Translations under genes and position numbers: made by a program | The notes under the pieces: model-generated | The model's input: the letters and a program-made list of their open reading frames with translations, nothing else | What the model was told of the DNA's origin: nothing | Database searches by the model: none | Shown here: piece by piece, positions 48,868 to 55,486 of the stretch | Layout: each line of letters opens with the position of its first letter | How positions within the stretch are numbered: the first letter of the stretch is position 1 | Origin: an uncultured Desulfurococcales archaeon | GTDB lineage: Archaea > Thermoproteota > Thermoprotei_A > Sulfolobales > CAZCAU01 | Direction: 5' to 3' | Assembly: GCA_964496855.1 (NCBI GenBank) | Contig: CAZCAU010000003.1 | Span: 1 to 55,486 of the forward strand | DNA: 55,486 nt

Positions 48868-49025
48868 GCTTTTATCACCTCACGATAATGATATGTAAAG
48901 GCAACATTTTAACTTTTAATACTGTTACATTAGGTTATAATGGTTACTGGTCTTCATGGGGAAATAGGTTTTTAAATAGCTACTTAACCTAAGATAATGC
49001 ATACGGAGATGCCGGTGAAATTGGT

Positions 49026-49316
49026 ATGATCCAAAAAAGTCAAACAAGTAATAACAGAGAGGAGTATATTGGGAGAATTGTAGAAGCCGGTCTTCTCGAG
49101 GATTTTATTAAATGGCTTGCATCCAAGGGCATAGATACTAGTGACCCGTTTCTTCTCGACAATGTTGATGAAGAACTATTAACTGAATATATTAGTAGAA
49201 TGAATCTCGCAGAAGTCGCTCCTAATCCTATAGAAGAGGAAATGGGAACGAAAGACTCTACTACAAGCCTAGAACCACGCAATGTTAAACCAAGAACACC
49301 GCCTAGGAGAAAGTAA
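49026..49316 (+). CDS. hypothetical protein
   Basis: GGTGA RBS and upstream TTTAAA box; acidic helical ORF. Confidence 0.6.
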   Translation: MIQKSQTSNNREEYIGRIVEAGLLEDFIKWLASKGIDTSDPFLLDNVDEELLTEYISRMNLAEVAPNPIEEEMGTKDSTTSLEPRNVKPRTPPRRK

Positions 49317-49343
49317 GTAGGAAAATTGAAATAATATGTATCC

Positions 49344-50468
49344 TTACTCTATCTTCATCATTACATACTCCCCATAGTCAACAAGTACCCTGACGTATCC
49401 CTTAAGCATCTCATCAACTAGCCTATCCCCTGTATCAACTCTTAATTTTTTAAGTCTCCGGATTTTTCTACGTGTAGCCACAAAGATTAATCCGTCACGT
49501 CCAACATACTTTATTACATTTGGAGAAATTTGTTGATTCCCTCTGCCGAAAACAAATCCCTGACCACCTATTGGTGTCACAATGATTTTTACAGGCATAC
49601 CTTTTTCATGTACGATTCGTTCTATAGTAGCTCTATCCGCGTCCTTTGCGATTATTTTTCCCTTGAAATACACGTCAACCCCTAGTAGTGTTTTCTCGAT
49701 TCCTAGCACGTCTCCAAGCACTTTTAAAGTGGTACCTGGGCCAAGTATGTAAACAGTATTGTTATCAATTAAATTCTCTACAATGTACTTAGCTATGCTA
49801 ATCATATTAGAGTACTCATCTTCTACACTGCTAGGTTCTTTTGTAAGCTGAATGAGATCTCTATAAGAAGGTACAAGAAGGTAGCCGTAAAGCCTTATCT
49901 CTAGCCTATTATTCCTAAAAGCTTCTTCATCGACGTCTAGGACTTCGCCAAGTTTCAGCGTGGTTACACCCTCTATGAATAGGCGTATAAGCTGAGAGGC
50001 CTCATAGGGGGTCACGGCAAACACGCCACTATACATCTTTACTCCTGAAGGTACGCCGAGAACAGGTACTTTTCTATCAAGCGCTTCAAGGATATCCCTT
50101 GCTGTACCATCACCACCGACAAACACGAGTAGATCTATGCCTTCTCTTAGCATTTCTCTTGTAATTCTTATAGTATCGTGACGTGCAGTCCTGGATCCAT
50201 GTATTTTACCTACAACTTTGTATCGAAAACCAGTGTTCTTGATGTAGTCTTCGCCCATGATCCCAGGTGCGACAAGAAAATACACACTATCACTGCTTAT
50301 ATGTTTGGAAAGCAATGATAGGAAAATCCTGGCACGTAGTGGTGCTACTGGTTTAGCCCCTCTCCTTAAGGCTTCTTCTAGAACATCATCAGTACCTTTG
50401 AGGCCAACTGGTCCGCCCATCCCGGCAATAGGGTTTACAATAAGCCCTATTCTCAGATTCTCTTCCAT
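49344..50468 (-). CDS. ATP-NAD/AcoX kinase family protein (COG3199)
   Basis: NPIAGMGG..GLKGTD, GGDGTARD, GVKMYSGVF and GGQGFVFGRGNQQ motifs. Confidence 0.88.
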   Translation of the reverse strand: MEENLRIGLIVNPIAGMGGPVGLKGTDDVLEEALRRGAKPVAPLRARIFLSLLSKHISSDSVYFLVAPGIMGEDYIKNTGFRYKVVGKIHGSRTARHDTIRITREMLREGIDLLVFVGGDGTARDILEALDRKVPVLGVPSGVKMYSGVFAVTPYEASQLIRLFIEGVTTLKLGEVLDVDEEAFRNNRLEIRLYGYLLVPSYRDLIQLTKEPSSVEDEYSNMISIAKYIVENLIDNNTVYILGPGTTLKVLGDVLGIEKTLLGVDVYFKGKIIAKDADRATIERIVHEKGMPVKIIVTPIGGQGFVFGRGNQQISPNVIKYVGRDGLIFVATRRKIRRLKKLRVDTGDRLVDEMLKGYVRVLVDYGEYVMMKIE

Positions 50469-50753
50469 CTATCCTGTCCTCAGTATATTGATGTATGTAT
50501 GTATTAGTGCCATTAGTACCAGTATCGTTCCTAAAACTGCTGTCAAATAGTCTTTGTCAAGTATTTTATCAAGTATTATTAAGAGAAGAGCTATGAACGG
50601 TGTTGATGCCAACAGATATATTCCTGCTACGGAGGGAACGGGGGTCTTTATGCTTAGGTAATTTAATATATGTAGGATTATTGTTGTCAGTATTGATACA
50701 AGAACACCAGCTCTTAAAACCATGCTTATATGCCTGGGCTCAGGCTTCATCAC
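50469..50753 (-). CDS. small membrane protein (DUF1634-like)
   Basis: VLRAGVLVS...GIYLLASTP; directly follows the TSUP transporter gene. Confidence 0.6.
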   Translation of the reverse strand: MMKPEPRHISMVLRAGVLVSILTTIILHILNYLSIKTPVPSVAGIYLLASTPFIALLLIILDKILDKDYLTAVLGTILVLMALIHTYINILRTG

Positions 50754-50768
50754 GACTCACTTCCTTTT

Positions 50769-51596
50769 CTAGCTTAACATCATCTTTAAAGCTGATAAGA
50801 TCAGAAGAATAGCGAAAATAAGCCTTATAAACGTAGGATTTAGTCCTACCATTCTCTTTGCAGCGTATAGCGAGCCAATATAAATGCCTAAAACTACAGC
50901 AGCCACTAACATGGGCTCTACGTTACCTAGTTTTAGATGGATTATCGTACCACTAGCGGCCGTAAAGCCTATCATGAAGTTACTAGTTGCCGATGCCACT
51001 TTTATTGGAACACGCATCAAGAGGTTCATTATGGGGACCTTTACAATACCACCGCCTAATCCCAGCATTCCCGATACTATTCCAGCACCAGTATTTAGTA
51101 TAAGCGCTGGTATTTTGTTCAGGGGTCTGTAATAGAAGACCTTCTTATAGTACTCATCATAGTAGTTACCATCAAGAAAACTCTTACCATAATCGTCTTC
51201 AGGTATTAAATTAGCCTCTCTTACTTTTTTACCTTTGATCATTGTTAGCGCAGTATAGAGTAAGGCTATTGCGAACAATAGTTTAAGTAAACGCGGTTCT
51301 AGTACACCGACCAGGGTTGCACCCGTTACTGAGCCTATTATTGCTGTTGGTTCTAAGAAGAATGCAAGGCGTAGATTCGTTATACCTTTTCTAAGATACA
51401 CTGAGCTGCCTATACAAGATGTTGCTATGGTTGCCGCAAGGCTAGTTCCTATCGCGTGTTTTATATCTACCCCTACTACCTGGTTAAGAAGTGGAACTAT
51501 TATTATTCCACCTCCTATACCAGCAATTGCACCAAGACTTCCAGCCGCAAGTGCGCCTAGGAAAGATAGAGTTATCGCGAGAGACAATGGAAGCAC
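50769..51596 (-). CDS. TSUP (TauE/SafE) family transporter
   Basis: GIGGGIIIVP, AIGTSL, GLGGGIVKVP and ASATSNFMIG repeated motifs. Confidence 0.9.
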   Translation of the reverse strand: MLPLSLAITLSFLGALAAGSLGAIAGIGGGIIIVPLLNQVVGVDIKHAIGTSLAATIATSCIGSSVYLRKGITNLRLAFFLEPTAIIGSVTGATLVGVLEPRLLKLLFAIALLYTALTMIKGKKVREANLIPEDDYGKSFLDGNYYDEYYKKVFYYRPLNKIPALILNTGAGIVSGMLGLGGGIVKVPIMNLLMRVPIKVASATSNFMIGFTAASGTIIHLKLGNVEPMLVAAVVLGIYIGSLYAAKRMVGLNPTFIRLIFAILLILSALKMMLS

Positions 51597-51744
51597 TCTT
51601 GTATACCTCGCATAGTTGTACCTTCCAGCTATGTGGAAGAGTATCAGTAAACAGCTTAATTAAACTTATTAGGTTTAAACTAGAAAGCTCTTTTATACGC
51701 TTTTTGCTAGAGAGAAGGATTGGAGGGATATAAAAAGAGTAATA

Positions 51745-52275
51745 GTGATCACTATGAGTTCACGAGCTCTGATATACGGGAGGTTTCAGCCATTTCATTT
51801 AGGCCATCTCCTTTTGACGCGCTGGACTCTAGAGCGCTTTGAGGAATTAGTCTTTCTCATAGGCATGGCTTCAGAGAGCTATACTTTCGAAAACCCCTTC
51901 ACAGCGGGAGAAAGAATAATTATGATCAGGAGAGCGCTCAGCGAGGCTGGCATAGATCTCAGCAGGATAATAACAGCGACCATACCCACACTAGAAGTAG
52001 GAATAGGTAATGTCTCGCAGGTTTTAAGCTACGTACCTGCTATAGATGCCTTGGTTACTAGGAACTTTAGGATAATGAGAATCTTCAGGGATGCTGGTCT
52101 CAAAGTTATTGTTCCACCAGCATTTGATAGAGCTCGGCTTAAAGGTGAAGTTATAAGACGATTAATGGTTGAGGGAGACGAGGACTGGAAAAATAGGGTA
52201 CCCACAGAGGTATACAAATACATAGAAGAAATAGATGGGATAAACAGGCTTAAGGAAATAGTAAGATACGAGTAA
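51745..52275 (+). CDS. nadM: nicotinamide-nucleotide adenylyltransferase
   Basis: GRFQPFHLGH and NPFTAGERI motifs. Confidence 0.93.
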   Translation: MITMSSRALIYGRFQPFHLGHLLLTRWTLERFEELVFLIGMASESYTFENPFTAGERIIMIRRALSEAGIDLSRIITATIPTLEVGIGNVSQVLSYVPAIDALVTRNFRIMRIFRDAGLKVIVPPAFDRARLKGEVIRRLMVEGDEDWKNRVPTEVYKYIEEIDGINRLKEIVRYE

Positions 52276-52291
52276 GGAATATCGATGGTCA

Positions 52292-52951
52292 TTAGGATAT
52301 GAGGTCACAATAGCAAGATGCTAGTATGCCTAGACAGTTTTTTACCGTGGAAAAGGATTTCGCGGAAAATAATGCTAATAATACGTATTTTGCCTTAATA
52401 CCCAGCTTTTCTAGAAGCTTTTCCCTATACAATTTACTTTCATAATACGAAAAATAGGCTGAGCCCCTCTCAAGGCCGGGTATAGAGATAGATATAGGAG
52501 TTTTACTCAGGTCAACTAACATTATCAATGGCTTACTACAGAATCCCTGAATAATGCAGTCTCTCAGCTTTAGTGTCTCTGATAAGCTTATGTGATTCTT
52601 ATGATAAGCTATGCCTACACAGTACTCTTCTTCAGTAAGCCTGCTAAGATTTACTCCTAGACCCTTCTCGCCCAGAACGTCCTCTACATGAGTGCTAAGC
52701 ATGACGCCTGCTATAGGATCTCTTTTTATGATACCGTGTCTCTCGAGTTTTCCAAGAAGGTTCCTGAGACTGCGTTCTCCCAAACCTAGTTTTTTTATTA
52801 GACTTCTTCGTCCAATAGGTCCTTCCCTGTACACAATATCTACTAATAGTAGGATATCTCCTAGAGTATAGTTTGCCTTGGGACTATTCTCAATAATTTT
52901 TGCAACCATATCCACGATCTGACAAACAGTGCTCTTGTCTCTCAAACTCAA
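52292..52951 (-). CDS. hypothetical protein with N-terminal winged HTH (DUF4443-like)
   Basis: GPIGRRSLIKKLGLGERSLRNLLGKLERHGII. Confidence 0.6.
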   Translation of the reverse strand: MSLRDKSTVCQIVDMVAKIIENSPKANYTLGDILLLVDIVYREGPIGRRSLIKKLGLGERSLRNLLGKLERHGIIKRDPIAGVMLSTHVEDVLGEKGLGVNLSRLTEEEYCVGIAYHKNHISLSETLKLRDCIIQGFCSKPLIMLVDLSKTPISISIPGLERGSAYFSYYESKLYREKLLEKLGIKAKYVLLALFSAKSFSTVKNCLGILASCYCDLIS

Positions 52952-53027
52952 TTTTTATCCTCGTTTTTAAATTAAACACTACATATTATTTAAGTAGGAT
53001 CAAAGTAATGCGTAAAGAGGGAGGCTT

Positions 53028-53966
53028 ATGAGGCAAAATAAGCCACGCCACTTCCTATGGCTAGCAGACTATAGTCGTGAAGAGCTTCTCCATATCATAA
53101 ATCTAGCTAGACGTTTCAAGGAGAGATTCTACATTGGTGAGAGGGTAATTCCCGTTCTAAAAGATAGAATACTAGTATTGATATTCCAAAAACCTAGTAC
53201 ACGTACAAGAGTAAGCTTTGAAGTTGCGATGAGACAGCTTGGTGGTCAGTCTCTTTATCTAGGTTGGAACGAATTACAACTAGGTAGGGGCGAGACAATA
53301 GCAGATACGGCACGGGTGCTTAGCAGATATGTAGACTGTATCGTAGCACGCGTGTTTTCTCACTCAGATTTAGAGGAACTAGCTAGATACTCGAGTATAC
53401 CCGTAATAAATGGCTTAAGTGATTTGGTTCACCCCGTGCAGGCTCTAAGTGATATGTTCACTATACTTGAGAAAAAAGGTAGACTAAAAGGCTTGAAACT
53501 AGCTTTTGTTGGCGACGGCAGCGATAATGTTTTGCATAGTTTACTATTAGCAGGCAGTAAGCTTGGGCTTAACATATCAGTAGCTACACCTAAGGACTAT
53601 AGACCTAACAACCGTATACTTAAAATAGCTGAAGAGGAAGCAAGTACGCAGGGCACACAGTTAACCATAACGGAAGACCCCTACGAAGCTGTTAAGGATG
53701 CAGATATAGTTTATACAGATGTCTGGGTCAGCATGGGTCAGGAGAAAGAGCGTGAGGTAAAAATAGAGAAGTTAAGGCCGTATCAGGTTAATAAAGACCT
53801 AATGCTTGCAGCAAAACCCGACGCGATATTTATGCATTGCTTGCCAGCACATCGTGGCGAGGAAGTAACAGATGATGTAATAGATGGTAAATGGAGCGTT
53901 GTATGGGACCAGGCTGAAAACAGGTTACATACGCAAAAAGCTATACTAGTGTTTCTACTTGGTTGA
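53028..53966 (+). CDS. argF: ornithine carbamoyltransferase
   Basis: [34 protein letters not shown] and QAENRLH motifs. Confidence 0.97.
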   Translation: MRQNKPRHFLWLADYSREELLHIINLARRFKERFYIGERVIPVLKDRILVLIFQKPSTRTRVSFEVAMRQLGGQSLYLGWNELQLGRGETIADTARVLSRYVDCIVARVFSHSDLEELARYSSIPVINGLSDLVHPVQALSDMFTILEKKGRLKGLKLAFVGDGSDNVLHSLLLAGSKLGLNISVATPKDYRPNNRILKIAEEEASTQGTQLTITEDPYEAVKDADIVYTDVWVSMGQEKEREVKIEKLRPYQVNKDLMLAAKPDAIFMHCLPAHRGEEVTDDVIDGKWSVVWDQAENRLHTQKAILVFLLG

Positions 53967-54320
53967 CTAACCCCTAATTCTTTTTAATTTCACACCGCTA
54001 GAAGTAGCGTTCTCTATGAATTCCTTGTCTACTTTTAGGCCACCATATATCGCTATTATGGCTCTAGCGTTTGCCCTTTTTGCATACTCCTGGACACCTT
54101 TAATGGTCTCGGAGGTTAGCTTGTTCTTTCTTGCTACTACCTTAATTACGAATCTATTTTTGTTCCCTACTGCAATAATGTCTACTGGTTGGTTCCTAGG
54201 AATAGAGACTTGATACCCTGCTTTCAGATAGTGAGAGGCTACTTTCCCCTTTAGGCCATACTTTTTCTCTAGTATCTTTGACTTGAAAATTAGTCTTCCC
54301 GTAGTCATTAAGTATATCAC
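53967..54320 (-). CDS. PD-(D/E)XK / Hjc-like fold protein, apparently inactive
   Basis: VASHYLKAGYQV...PVDIIAV...FVIKVV pattern lacking the catalytic E and ExK. Alternative ATG at 54308. Confidence 0.5.
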   Translation of the reverse strand: MIYLMTTGRLIFKSKILEKKYGLKGKVASHYLKAGYQVSIPRNQPVDIIAVGNKNRFVIKVVARKNKLTSETIKGVQEYAKRANARAIIAIYGGLKVDKEFIENATSSGVKLKRIRG

Positions 54321-54481
54321 CTTTCTCCTTTCTCAGCTCTGTCTTTTCAAGTGTCTAGAGGTTCCTTACAGGTATTTTTACAATACTTGAAAAATATATA
54401 TTTAAACCTGCTCTCCTAAAGTCTATCAAGCAAGAGTTTTCTGCAAGTTAGGAAAAGCCTTGTAATGGAGAGGTGTTGTGA

Positions 54482-55486
54482 ATGTGCAAGGGTGCCCGTC
54501 GTAAAGTCATAATTCTTGGAGCTGGTGGTAGGGATTTTCATAATTTCAACGTGGTGTTTAGAGATAATCCATGTTATCAAGTCATAGCATTTACGGCAAC
54601 GCAGATACCAGGTATAGAGGGTCGAAGGTACCCGTACCCGTTATCAGGACCTTACCACTCATCAGGTATACCTATAGTTCCGGAAGACATGCTTGAAGAA
54701 CTTATACGAAGAAACAATGTTGATGAAGTTGTTTTGGCTTATACTGATCTTCTCTACAATGATGTTGGCAAGGTACTAAGCAGGGCGTTGGCTAGCGGAG
54801 CTTCTTTCAGGATTCTAGGGCCACGAGAAACGATGATAGAGTCTACACGACCAGTAATAGCTGTAACAGCAGTACGTACTGGGGCAGGCAAGAGCACGGT
54901 ATCAAGAGCAGTTGCTGAGGAACTTGATAAGAGAGGTTATAAGGTCGTAGTAGTAAGGCATCCAATGGCTTACGGGGATTTAGAAAAAATGGTTGTCCAG
55001 AGATTCGAGAAGCCTGATGACCTTGATAAGTGGTATATAACGCTGGAGGAGAGAGAAGAGTACGAACACTATCTAAGAAAGGGAATAGTCGTATATGCTG
55101 GTGTTGACTATGGTAAGATTCTTAGTGAGGCAGAAAAGGAGGCAGACATAATACTTTGGGACGGCGGCAACAATGATTGGCCTTTTTTCACACCTGATTT
55201 TCAAATAACTGTTGCTGATGCAATGAGACCTGGACATGAAGTAAATAGCTTTCCAGGAGAGGTTAATGTCAGGATGGCAGACGCAGTTATTATAAATAAG
55301 GCAGGCCAGGCTAGTAAAGATGACATGGATACTGTAAAAAATAACATAAGAAAAGTTAACCCGAAGGCCGAGATAATTATTGCTGACAGCGAGGTTTTTG
55401 TAGAGGATCCTTCTATGATAAAAGGAAAAAGAGTAGTCGTAGTTGAGGATTCTCCATCAATAACGCATGGCCACCTACCGTATGGT
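54482..55486 (+). CDS. arcE: COG2403 P-loop protein, probable arginine synthetase; 3' partial
   Basis: Translated by hand: MCKGARRKVIILGAGGRDFHNFNVVFRDNP..AFTATQIPGI..AVRTGAGKSTVS..RHPM..EEREEYE..WDGGNND. Runs off the window end; close to argF. Confidence 0.75.
   Translation, partial: MCKGARRKVIILGAGGRDFHNFNVVFRDNPCYQVIAFTATQIPGIEGRRYPYPLSGPYHSSGIPIVPEDMLEELIRRNNVDEVVLAYTDLLYNDVGKVLSRALASGASFRILGPRETMIESTRPVIAVTAVRTGAGKSTVSRAVAEELDKRGYKVVVVRHPMAYGDLEKMVVQRFEKPDDLDKWYITLEEREEYEHYLRKGIVVYAGVDYGKILSEAEKEADIILWDGGNNDWPFFTPDFQITVADAMRPGHEVNSFPGEVNVRMADAVIINKAGQASKDDMDTVKNNIRKVNPKAEIIIADSEVFVEDPSMIKGKRVVVVEDSPSITHGHLPYG

Noticed and set aside
1-55486. CRISPR array, cas genes, transposases or rRNA
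   Set aside because: I saw no regularly spaced 24-40-bp repeats, no recognisable Cas or transposase motifs and no long GC-rich RNA gene.

Overview
Chromosomal segment of a crenarchaeon (Thermoproteota, most likely Desulfurococcales-like, judged from Cren7, single-OB SSB, WhiP and a ThermoDBP-related protein). It is densely coded with housekeeping genes: leuS, acdA, a MoxR/VWA pair, two moeA, nadE, panE-panB, coaBC, taw1, a pyrFE-BIKCD cluster without carAB, iorAB, aRF1, nadM, argF and a truncated COG2403/arginine synthetase gene. I see no CRISPR array, integrase or transposase. The most striking element is non-coding and absent from the ORF track: an initiator tRNA-Met gene (34105-34280, minus strand) that only folds after removal of FOUR introns (positions 30/31, 37/38, 39/40, 59/60). 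It includes a 2-nt exon, and one intron builds its bulge-helix-bulge motif partly from the neighbouring intron, which implies a fixed splicing order. Other notable items are two box C/D sRNA candidates, a trpB2 pseudogene with 3-4 frameshifts (one in a C11 run) directly upstream of a serine kinase (SerK-like) gene, a candidate replication origin next to whiP, and a 16-bp palindrome shared by the whiP and ThermoDBP-RP upstream regions. All calls are by eye from sequence and recalled motifs; no searches were run.
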